From positions 1 to 28,302 of the forward strand of contig NW_021827510.1 in NCBI RefSeq assembly GCF_006345805.1: a DNA stretch of 28,302 nt. The letters run 5' to 3'. Of this stretch, positions 1 to 10,440 are shown piece by piece. The notes under the pieces are model-generated. The model did no database searches. It was not told the DNA's origin and was given only the letters and a program-made list of their open reading frames with translations. The stretch is from Octopus sinensis (lineage: Eukaryota). Positions within the stretch are counted from its first letter, which is position 1; the number at the start of each line of letters is the position of its first letter. The position numbers were made by a program, and so were the translations under genes.

Positions 1-200
1 TTAGGAGGATTGCCGGGAATCCATCGGGGCCAGTAGCTGAGTCTGTTTTCATTTCATCTATAGCCTTGATTACATCGTCTTCCTTTATATCGATGTAATC
101 TATCGTCGCCGCCTCTGATTTTATATCTGCAGTGGTAAAAAAGTCAGTTGGATTGGTGATTTGGAGATGCCGAAGGGGTGGAGTGAAAACACTCTTGAAT
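1..200 (-). mobile_element. CR1-group LINE fragment (RT region), 5'-truncated, running off the left edge of the window
   Basis: Bases 1-200 match 8063-8262 of the full-length element with 2 substitutions seen by eye; ends at a (TA)n run. Confidence 0.9.
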
Positions 201-212
201 ATATATATATGT

Positions 213-430
213 ATCATCATCATCATCACCATCATTTAGCGTCCGTTCTCCATGCTAGCATGGGTTGGACGGTTCAACTGGGGTCTGTGAAGCTGGAAGG
301 CTTCATCAGGCCCAGTCAGATCTGGCAGTGTTTTCTACGGCTGGATGCCCTTCCTAATGCCAACCACTCTGTGAGTGTAGTGGGTGCTTTTTACGTGCCA
401 CCCCCACACAGGTGCACAGGTCCAGACATA
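213..430 (-). mobile_element. RTE-tail-derived SINE / RTE 3' UTR fragment with (GAT)n tail
   Basis: (CAT)n run followed by ttagcgtccgttctccatgctagcatgggttggacgg...ggtgctttttacgtgcca. This is the reverse complement of the family at 26930-27112 and 21530-21745. Confidence 0.75.
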
Positions 431-440
431 GCTGCACTGT

Positions 441-506
441 AATATGTATATATGTATATATATATATGATATATTATATATATGTATATATATATATATA
501 TGTATG

Positions 507-582
<76 letters not shown>

Positions 583-712
583 GATATATATATATTAATA
601 ATATATATATGTATAATATATAATATATATATATGTATGTTATATATATATATATTGTATATATATATATAATATATATATATATATATGTATATATATA
701 TGTATGTATATA

Positions 713-753
<41 letters not shown>

Positions 754-792
754 TGTATATATATATGTATATATATATATATATATATGTAT
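441..792. repeat. Imperfect (TA)n microsatellite
   Basis: Direct inspection. Confidence 0.95.
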
Positions 793-1980
793 ATTACTCA
801 GACTCGGCATAACAGGAAAAGTAGGTGAGTGGATACATGACTTCCTGAAGGACAGAAGCCAGATGGTTGCAGCCAATGGAGCCCTCTCGGGAAAGACACC
901 AATAGCAAGCGGGTGCCACAGGGCACAGTCTTGGGACCCTTGCTGTTTTTGGTGGCACTCTCTGACATGCCCTTGGTAGCACAAACAACATCCCTCACTA
1001 GCTTTGCTGATGACACAAAGGTAGCACAGGCAATCAAAACCCAGCTGATGCTGACCTTTTACAACAAGATCTGGATGCCATATACAAATGGGCTGAAGAC
1101 AACAACATGCAATTTAATGCTGGTAAATTTCAAGCCTTACAATATCAAGCTGTAAACACATATACATTACAACACAACTATACTGGTCCAGGAGGGATCG
1201 AATCCCAGTATCAAAATCAATACGGACCTGGGGATAGACATGAGTGATGATGCATCTTTTTCTTCACACATCGCGAAGGTGGCGACAATGTGCAGACGAC
1301 TCACTGGCTGGATCCTGAGGACATTCCGGACAAGAGACTGCGAGACCAGTTTGACACTATGGAGGACATTTGTCCTAAGCCCCTGGACTACTGCTCCCAA
1401 CTGTGGTCACCGCATAGTGTCAAACTAACCACAGAGCTTGAGACAATCCAAGACATTTCACCAAGAGGATTTCCACCATGAAAGAAAAGAACTATTGGGA
1501 GAGGCTTAGGGAACTCAATTTGTACTCCTTGGAACGAAGACGAGAGAGATATGCAGTGATATACATATGAAAATCCTGGAGGGACTAGCACCAAATTTTG
1601 GAATTGAGAGCTGTTCCAATCCCCATACAGGATGTCACTGTGTGGTGCCAAAGGTCCCGTCTTCCACATCCAGGGTAAGGAGCAGATACTGTAATAGCCT
1701 GGGGTTCAGGGGGCCCTCAGCTGTTCAACAACTGCCAAGAAAACTAGAGATCTACATGATGCGGATGTGGACATTTTCAAAAAACATCTAGACAAGCTGC
1801 TTTCCGGGATCCCAGATGAACCCACTGCAAGGTACGAAGGTAACCTAAGGGCAGCAGCTACAAACTCTCTCTTAGATCAGTGGCCAGCCACGGCAACTGG
1901 ACTTAGAGAGGGTAGCAACAAGGGCGGTGCCCCAGCATGGCCTCAGCCGGATGGCTGAAACAAGTAAAAGAGTAAAAGAG
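793..1980 (+). mobile_element. Older 5'-truncated CR1-group LINE (RT C-terminal half plus 3' UTR), frameshifted
   Basis: Frame pieces GEWIHDFLKDRSQ, PQGTVLGPLLF, SFADDTK, GWILRTFRTR, LDYCSQLWSP, KILEGLAPNFGI. The 3' end carries ggcggtgccccagcatgg, a stem-loop and an (AGTAAAAG)2 tail. Confidence 0.92.
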
Positions 1981-2320
<340 letters not shown>

Positions 2321-2322
2321 AG

Positions 2323-2657
2323 TGAAGGCGCATGGCTCAGTGGTGAGAGCGTCGAGCTTACGATCGTGAGGTTGTGAGCTCGAATCCCGGACCGGGCTGC
2401 GTGTTGTGTCCTTTAGCAAGGCACTTTATTTCACGTTGCTCCAGTTCACTCAGCTGTAGAAATGAGTTGCGACGTCACTGGTGCCAAACTGTATCGACCT
2501 TTGTCTTTCCCTTGGATAACACTGGTGGCGTGGAGAGGGGAGGCTGGTATGCATGGGCGACTGCTGGTCTTCCATAAACAACCTTGCCCGGACTTGTGTC
2601 TAGGAGGGTAACTTTCTAGGTGCAATACCATGGTCATTCATGACCGAAGGGGGTCTT
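2323..2657 (+). mobile_element. tRNA-derived SINE with Pol III A/B boxes and a Nin/Deu-like central domain
   Basis: A box TGGCTCAGTGG at 2333-2343 and B-box-like GCTCGAATCC at 2378-2387, followed by tgtgtcctttagcaaggcactt...cactcagctgtagaaatgagt. Flanked by (TA)n. Confidence 0.8.
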
Positions 2658-2663
2658 TATATG

Positions 2664-2704
<41 letters not shown>

Positions 2705-2759
2705 TTATATATATATATATGTATGTATAATATTATATATATATATACATATATATATG

Positions 2760-2822
<63 letters not shown>

Positions 2823-2844
2823 TAATATATATATATATATATTA

Positions 2845-2917
<73 letters not shown>

Positions 2918-2919
2918 TA
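2658..2919. repeat. Imperfect (TA)n microsatellite
   Basis: Direct inspection. Confidence 0.95.
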
Positions 2920-3039
2920 TCTGGAAGATCCTGGAAGGACTTGTCCCAGACTTTGGCATCGAGAGTCACACAAATGCCAGAACCGGACGCCACTGCGTAG
3001 TACCAAGGACTCCAAATTTGCCATCAAGATGTAGGACAA
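2920..3039 (+). mobile_element. 120-bp CR1 ORF2 snippet (inverted near-identical copy of 6763-6882)
   Basis: Encodes [39 protein letters not shown], identical in protein to the 6539-7165 ORF; 2 nucleotide differences seen. Confidence 0.9.
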
Positions 3040-3051
3040 CCATATATATAT

Positions 3052-3594
3052 GCTGGCAACCATAATACCCAAACAGTTAGTAATAACACCCGCCAACATA
3101 ACAGAGGCAACACCACACCCATCAACAACCAGGAGGATAACAGTGCCCCTACACTTAATGCAACACCTCCGCCTGGGACTAACAGCACACGACCGCGAAA
3201 TGCAGTGCAGTGCAACTGCATATGTGCATCCGAGTGTCCACTACGTGGTGTATGTAGGGCGAAAAACGTAATCTATTCATGTGAGGTGAGTACCCAGTTT
3301 AACACACTCACCTACATAGGTTGCTCGACCTCCTGGAAATCTAGATACTACAACCACCGGTCCTCGTTTAAGCATAGACATAAAGCTAGCAGCACCACCC
3401 TTTCTAAGAAAATTTGGGAATTAAAAGATAAAAGCATAGGTTTCAAACTCAGGTGGTCCATCATCGACTCAGCTGCACCCTATTTAAATAATAGAGCAGA
3501 ATGCCAACTATGTTGTGTAGAACTCCTGAATATCTTGAAATTCAAGGAGAAACACAATCTTATTGACAAAAGGTCAGAGTTCAAGCCATCTTGA
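3052..3594 (+). pseudogene. PLE GIY-YIG endonuclease domain, no RT, C-terminally shortened
   Basis: CNCICASECPLRGVC-x4-VIYSC...TYIGCS...RYYNH...CQLCCVE...LIDKRSE. The frame is open upstream of the GTG at 3205 back to about 3052 (AGNHN). Confidence 0.88.
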
Positions 3595-4373
3595 AAAACA
3601 CAAACTTACTAATACTTTCAAATACTACAAAACTTAGGCTATTATACCAACTCCCCCATGCAATTTCCTCCTACCCAAGTGCAACCTGTCGGCTCCAGCG
3701 CATCCCGTTTTCCTATATATATTTTCCTATATATACATATTTTGTCTCCCATATGTTTTTCCCTATACTTTTCTTCTCCTACACCTACCTTCTTCCTATC
3801 TAGATTTTTTGTTTCCCTATATCTATACCTTTTTCCATTCCTAGCTCTGATGTTGAGCGCACACCACCAAACCCCGCTTCCCACCCTTCCAATTTTCAGT
3901 TCCCCCCGCCCGCCCCTACGTGGTCACCTTTAATACACACCTATAACTTTACATTTTCAACCACCCTTTATTTTTACCTTCATCTCATGTTAAGCTTTAC
4001 CCGATTACATTTTTATTTTATTTTATTCTATTTTATTTTATTTTATTTTTATTCTTTTTTTTATTCTTATTTTTTTATTCTTATTTTTATTCTTTATTTT
4101 AATTTTTATATTTTATTTCATATTTTATTTCTTATTTTTATTTCTAATTCTTATTCTTACCCTTATCCTTACTCCTATTTTTACCCCTATTTTATCACTT
4201 TACATCTCTATATATGTCTATTTTTAGCTTTTTTCCTTATTTACTTATCTATGTATCCGCTTTATGATTATACGTGTGTCTGGGTATGTATGTATATGTA
4301 TATATGTGTATGCGTATGTATGAGTAAATATCTGTATTTATATGTGTACCCCCCGTTATACTTTTTTAATAAT

Positions 4374-4784
4374 TTTTTTACATGCTTTTGTAGATTTCTT
4401 ATATACATTTTTATACATCTTTTAATATCTTATATCTATACCTATGTGTGTGTGTATCTATATGTGTGTGTATCTGTGTATGTGTATGTAAGTGTATGTG
4501 TACACGCACGTATAGACACACAGATGTGTGTGTGTGTGTGCGCGTAGATACGTGTGCGTGGGTCCGGTTTTTTTACATGTTTTTACATGTATTTTTTTAC
4601 ATGTGTTTTTTACATGCGTTTGTAGATTTCTTATATACATTTTTTTATACATCTTTTAATATCTTATATCTATACCTATATGTGTGTGTGTCTGTGTATG
4701 TGTATGTAAGTGTATGTGCACACGCACGTATAGACACACAGATGTGTGTGTGTGTGTGCGTGTGGATACGTGTGCGTGGGTCCG
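4374..4784. repeat. Local tandem duplication (about 190-bp block x2) separated by TTTTTTACATG-type repeats
   Basis: The block ttttacatgc...tagatttcttatatacattt...tatagacacacagatg...cgtgtgcgtgggtccg occurs at about 4374-4566 and again at about 4606-4784. Confidence 0.85.
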
Positions 4785-6114
4785 TGTGTATGTATATACG
4801 CGTGTAAGTATGTACACGTGGGTGTGTATGTATGCACACACATATATACGTGTGTGTGCGGGTATGGGTGTGTGTATGTGTGGGTATGTATATGTGTATG
4901 TGTATATATATACATATATATATGTGCATATATGTGTATATATATATGCGTACGTGTGTGTGTGTGTATATATATATGTATACTGTCCGTGTATATATAT
5001 GCATATTCTGTTAAAATCTTTTGCCCGCAAGTTTCTTACGTTCATGTCTATCTAATGTACCCACTATGACTCCGTATCTTACCCGTGTGCAAGAACGGAT
5101 CCTTTTGTTATACCTGTGTCTGCGCATATGCATACCTTTGTGTATAGGCATAGGGATCTACTCCCCCATGTGCGTGGGGGTGGACGCGAGTGCAGGTGTA
5201 TACATATTCCTGCCCACACGCATAGAGATTCACTTCGTCTTGTACATGGTATGCGCGTCGGTTCGTGTACCCAACTACATGCGCCTTTTTCCATATATAT
5301 CTGTATATGTTTACACGAGAGTACGTATGTATGCCTCTATGCGTGTAGTTGCATATGCGTGCGTATATGTGCGCGTGTATATGGGTGTATGTATCCATGC
5401 ATGTACGTATGTACATGATGACCACTTAATACGTTACGAAGAACTAGATAAGCGGCTCAACAACTCTAATTTACAATACACTAGGTCCCCAGACGCCCCG
5501 GTTGATTTATGACACCCAAGGCTTCAACAACCAGAATTTGTCATTTTCCTGACCACCATGTTTGGTCCGTAACTACTAAATATCCCTTATCCTTATATTC
5601 TTTTACATTCCTACACTCTTACACCCTTTATACTTCTGATAATTTTTTTATTTAAAAAATTTTTTTATTTCTTAATTTTTTTATTTATTTTTTTATTTAT
5701 TTTTTCATTTATTTTTTTATAACTTTATACCTTTATATTCATTTATATCTTTTTATATTTTTTTATATCTCTTTATATCTTTATACTCTACATTTTTATA
5801 TTTTTCTATACTTACACTTTTTATATATTTTTTTATCCTTCGTCCTGAATTCTCGCCCCTCCATCTTTATCCCTATTTGCTCTTATTACCAGGTTCCTTC
5901 ACGTCTGTCTGCATTTTATATATGTATATATTTATTTATTCATTTATTTATATTACCTCAACATCCAAACTTCCTCATTCTACATTGAGAGAAAGACGAG
6001 ATGGACGCTTCATTTTTATGCTGTTGCCGCATCATGTTATACGCGAATGAGAGGATTTGCATCCCCACCGTACAATTTTTGATGTAATACACGTCCTTGA
6101 GGTAGTAGTTGTGC

Positions 6115-6192
6115 GCGGCTGAAGAAGGCCATAGACACACATTATGCATTGTTATAAATCCGTCTAATAAAGGCCCGAAACATATGTACTGC
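6115..6192 (+). ncRNA. Type I hammerhead ribozyme (PLE-associated)
   Basis: Stem I gcgg/ctgc; core CTGAAGA at 6119-6125; stem II GGCC/GGCC plus tagac/gtcta; GAAA at 6177-6180; palindromic stem III ACATATGT; predicted cleavage after GUA (A6188). An A.C pair at the base of stem II may impair activity. Confidence 0.72.
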
Positions 6193-6299
6193 TGAATCCT
6201 TGGCATCATGTTTTTATTTTGATTAATTTACTCCACCACCTACACCACCAAACGGTATATACAGGTGCTTACAATTATCAAGTACTCACCCTGAATTTC

Positions 6300-6455
6300 T
6301 ATATATATATACATGTATATATATATACATATATATATATATTTACATACATATATATATACATACATATATATATATACATATATATATATAATATATA
6401 CATATATAATATATATACATATATATTATATATATATATATATATAATATATATA
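6300..6455. repeat. Imperfect (TA)n/(TACA) microsatellite
   Basis: Direct inspection. Confidence 0.9.
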
Positions 6456-6538
6456 TTTGATTTTGATTTTTCCAGTTTCAGCTAATGAGCTGTGGCCATG
6501 CTGGGGCACCGCCATTTGGTGTGCTACACGGTTTTACC

Positions 6539-9532
6539 TTACGGATGTTTGTTGGCAAACGCCATCTGGTGCATGAGAGAGTTCGATGCAGCTGCTCTCA
6601 TCTGCACCTCCTGCCGCGAAGTTGGTTCATCCGGGACACCTGACAGGAAGAGATCCAGTCCTACTTTAAAGACATCCGCATCCACACCATGCAGGTCCCT
6701 CAGGTTCTTCGGGAGGATATTGAAGAGCCGTGGGCCTCTTAAGCCCAGGCTATCACAATATCTTGTCCTACATCTTGATGGCAAATTTGGAGTCCTTGGT
6801 ACTACACAGTGGCGTCCGGTTCTGGCATTTGTGTGACTCTCGATGCCAAAGTCTGGGACAAGGCCTTCCAGGATCTTCCAGAAGTATATTATGGCATATC
6901 TTTCTCGCCTACGCTCCAGGGAATAGAGCTTTAATCTCTTGAGTCTCTCCCAGTAGCTCATATGCTGCACAGAGGCTATCTTCTTCGTGTAGCTTCGTTG
7001 GATCGCCTCAAGTTCTGTGATCAGCTTGACACTGGATGGTGACCATAGCTGAGAGCAATAGTCAAAGTGGCTTAGGACAAGTGTCTTCCAGAGGACCATC
7101 ATGGTTTCTTGTTCTCTTGTTCTAAAGGTTCTAAGAATCCATCCAGCCAGCCGTCTACATTTCATTGTCAGTTTAGCAACATGTACATGAAGGTCGCGTC
7201 ATCACTCATGTGAATACCCAGGTCACGCACTGATTGTGCCTCTGGAATTGCAATCCCTCCGGGTCCAGTGTATTCATTGGGTATTGCATTCAGTTTTGCA
7301 TGCTGATAGTATAAAGCTTGAAACTTTCCTGCATTGAACTGCATGCTATTCTTTTCAGCCCACTTGTATATTTCGTCCAGCTCACATTGCAGGTGTTAGT
7401 GTCCTCAGGGTTCTGTATTGCCTGTGAAACTTTTGTATCATCTGCATAACTTGTGATCGTGGCTCTCTGCGTGGCTGAGGGCATGTCTGAGAGGGCCATT
7501 ATGAACAGTAGTGGTCCCAGAACAGTGCCCTGCGGAACACCGCTCACTATTTGTGTGTTAATGGAAGTGGCCCCATTGGCTACTACCACCTGACTTCTAT
7601 CCTTCAGAAAGTCATGAAGCCATTCTCCCAGTTTTCCAACTATGTTGAGATCACGCAGTTTGTGACATATCATTCCATGATCGACTTTATCAAAGGCCTT
7701 TGCAAAGTCGAGATATATCACTTTCACATTTGAGTGGTTGAGCAGCCGTTTCAGCACCCAGTCATAGTGTTGTAGGAGCTGAGTTAAACAGCTTCTCCCT
7801 GGTCGGAAACCATGTTGGGTGTCGGGCAGCAAGTCATTTTCTTCAAGGAAGGTGATTAGCTTCCTTCTGACTATTTGTTCCATGACCTTGCTGATGTGTG
7901 AGGTCAGAGAGATAGGTCTATAGTTCTTGGCTTCCGCTCTGCTACCTCCTTTATGAATGGGGCATATTTTACCTTCCTTCAGTTTTCCTGGAAGTTTGCC
8001 AGCTGCAAGGAAGCTCTGAAAGAGGAACTGCAGTGGTCTTGCTAGGACTCTCTTACATGCTTTTAGGAGGATTGCCGGGAATCCATCGGGGCCAGTAGCT
8101 GAGTCTGTTTTCATTTCATCTATAGCCTTGGTTACATCGTCTTCCTTTATATCGATGTAATCTATCGTCGCCGCCTCTGATTTTATATCTGCAGTGGTAA
8201 AAAAGTCAGTTGGATTGGTGATTTGGAGATGCCCAAGGGGTGGAGTGAAAACACTCTTGAATTGCTCATTCAGTATTTCACTTACCCTCATTGGTTTTCC
8301 TGTAAGTGTGCCATCCTTTTTCGAGGAGTGGCTCTATTCTACAGTGCACTGTAGCTGTTTCTTTGGCATACCTGTAGAAAGCTCTGGGGTTAGATTTTAT
8401 GTTTTCTATAGCCCAGGCTTCTTTGTCTGCTCTTTCTTTTTCATGGGAGAGTTGCAGACATTTTTCGATTTCCAACAGTTTTATTTTTAGGCGGGACTTT
8501 TCACTGCTTTCAATCTATTTGTTTAGGCGATTTCAAAATTTCGTACGCCGTCTCATTAAAATTTTCCTCTCTCTGGGGATTTTGTTCTTGTGTACAGTGG
8601 CCTTTCTCTCTGGGACACATTTGTAGCATATGGCTTGCATTACAGACATGAATTGTTGAAGTTTCACGTCGATGTCTGGCGAGGAGAGACATTTAGGCCA
8701 GTTTTGTTTGAGGATCTCTTTCTCAATTTGTTTCCAGTTTGCCTTATGATAGTTCAAGCTGGAAAGATTTTTGAGTTTCTTGTAGGCTGCATGTCCGTGC
8801 TCTCTTTTGGCCCGTACATGGTCAGCTCTATCATGTTGTGATCCGAGAGTAGTGTCGGTGTCACTTTCACATTATGGATGAGATCCATGTCATTTGTGAA
8901 GCAGAGATCCAGTGTGTTACCTGCCCTGGTTGGTTGGAGTATTACCTGCTCCATGTACAGGGTGTTGATGAGGTTCAGGAGGGACCTCGCCTGTCCTCGT
9001 TCACATCTTGTCATTCCTGGGAGAGAAAGGCCCTCGGGCCATCTGACATTGGGCAGATTGAAATCTCCCATAAGAAGCACACCTATGTGTTGTTCTAATG
9101 TGGTTAGAACTTCTTCTATTTTTATAAGGCAGTCTTCAAACTTGCCCACAGGCTTGGGGCATCTGGAGGGCGATATGTAGCACACACAACTACATCAAGT
9201 TGCCTAATATGTACAATTAGTGTGTCACACACCGAGTTTGAGTATGACAAGAGGACCTGGGGTGTGAGGTCCTCACGGATGTACATAGCAACGCCTCCAT
9301 GACTCCTTTCTTTCCTGTCGGTCCGTAGTACAGCATACTGTGGTATGTGTAACTCCGCATCTGCTATGTCCCGTTTCAGGTGCGTTTCTGTAAGTGCTAT
9401 GCATAAGGCTTGATTGCATGCAACAAAGTCTCTCAGGAACGGGATCTTTGTCCTGTTACTGAGTGTTTGCAGTCCTCTGATGTTCAGTAGGAGCATCGAG
9501 GTGAGGTGTACATTGTTGCCGGCGGTGTCCAT
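6539..9532 (-). pseudogene. LINE ORF2: apurinic endonuclease plus reverse transcriptase, disrupted
   Basis: APE motifs LLNIRGL, ALTETHL, RTDR...GGVAMY, YRPP, MGDFNLP, NTLDLCFTN, LSDHN. RT motifs YRPISLTS, QHGFRPGRSC, YLDFAKAFDKVDH, GVPQGTVLGPLLF, YADD. CR1-type C-terminus GWILRTF...DYCSQLWSP...SLERRR. Five single-base frameshifts and two in-frame stops (8533-8535, 8515-8517). Confidence 0.95.
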
Positions 9533-10395
9533 CCTGTGTCTGTTTGCTGTGGTGGTCTGGTATATAGTGGGTAGTCCCACCTGCGGGCTTGGGTTTGATG
9601 AAGCCAGGTCAGCTGCTGTACATTCTTTTGTGCCATGCACAAAAAAGATTGTTGCTCAGCAGCTGCCCTTTCGACAACATCATGTTGGCGGTTTGTGGCG
9701 CGCACAACATCTGCGTGCCTCCGCTTTGTGGCAGGTGGTGCGTGGTCCATCCCTTTTCTTTGTGTTGATGGTTTGTCCATCTGCCTCGTGTCTCTGTGGC
9801 AGGGTCCCCGATGTGCAAAGCGGCAGCCTGCACCTTCCTTTCCATGCCAGCAGGAACCTCTCAGGTAGAACATACACACCCGTATGCGCTGTTTGGTTCC
9901 ATCTTTTGCGGTTCCACTTCTATTCCTGGTTGTTTCACCCTTTGGTCCTGCTTGAGCTTTTTCTTTTCCTTTAGCTCTTCCAGTCCTTCTTTTAGTTCTT
10001 CTTCCTCCCTCTACCTCTTCACCGGGTTCTCCGTCTCCATGGCCTTTGCTGCCGGTTGGAGAACTTGCACCTGGGTTCACTTCCCGGGCAGGTTTCTCAT
10101 TCAAAACCTCCTCCCGGGCGTCCACCAGGTGGTGGTGACTTCTTTCATCGTCTCCATTCTTGCTATCTTTGCCCTGCTCGTTCTCAAAGATGGCATCAAG
10201 TGTGCCAATGTGCGACCGTACAAGCGCATATGAGCGCACGAATTCCCGTCTCTTTCGCTCCATCTGAGCCACTGTCCTCTTGTAGCCTCTGCTCTTCAGC
10301 GCAGCCGCAATCACCTCGCTAGGGCTATCTCCGCCGGCGCACTCCCATGCTTGTACGAATAAATCCAGCTCGTCAGGTCTCCATGCTCTGGACAT
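9484..10395 (-). CDS. LINE ORF1, 303 aa, intact: N-terminal Myb/SANT-like trihelix, charged linker, CCCH zinc finger
   Basis: W-x2-DE-x2-LF-x3-W...IAAALKSRGYKRTVAQMERK...SY fits the trihelix Myb/SANT pattern. CMFYLRGSCWHGKEGAGCRFAH is C-x7-C-x8-C-x3-H. It lies directly 5' of ORF2 and overlaps it in another frame. Confidence 0.8.
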   Translation of the reverse strand: MSRAWRPDELDLFVQAWECAGGDSPSEVIAAALKSRGYKRTVAQMERKRREFVRSYALVRSHIGTLDAIFENEQGKDSKNGDDERSHHHLVDAREEVLNEKPAREVNPGASSPTGSKGHGDGEPGEEVEGGRRTKRRTGRAKGKEKAQAGPKGETTRNRSGTAKDGTKQRIRVCMFYLRGSCWHGKEGAGCRFAHRGPCHRDTRQMDKPSTQRKGMDHAPPATKRRHADVVRATNRQHDVVERAAAEQQSFLCMAQKNVQQLTWLHQTQARRWDYPLYTRPPQQTDTGWTPPATMYTSPRCSY

Positions 10396-10440
10396 GCTGG
10401 ATAATCCGTCTATCCGTTTATCTATCTAATTATGTTCGAG

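Larger units (their letters stand above)
3040..6300 (+). mobile_element. 5'-truncated Penelope-like element (PLE1): linker and GIY-YIG, long low-complexity 3' region, terminal hammerhead
   Basis: GIY-YIG reading frame at 3052-3594 and hammerhead at 6115-6192, then (TA)n. That the intervening 2.5 kb belongs to the element is an inference. Confidence 0.65.

Noticed and set aside
161-442. 93-aa ORF with a His run
   Set aside because: It is a chance frame across a CR1 end, (TA)n, the (CAT)n SINE tail and the SINE body.
9414-10322. Plus-strand ORFs of 145-186 aa antisense to ORF1
   Set aside because: They are shadow frames of a GC-richer coding region with no recognisable motifs.
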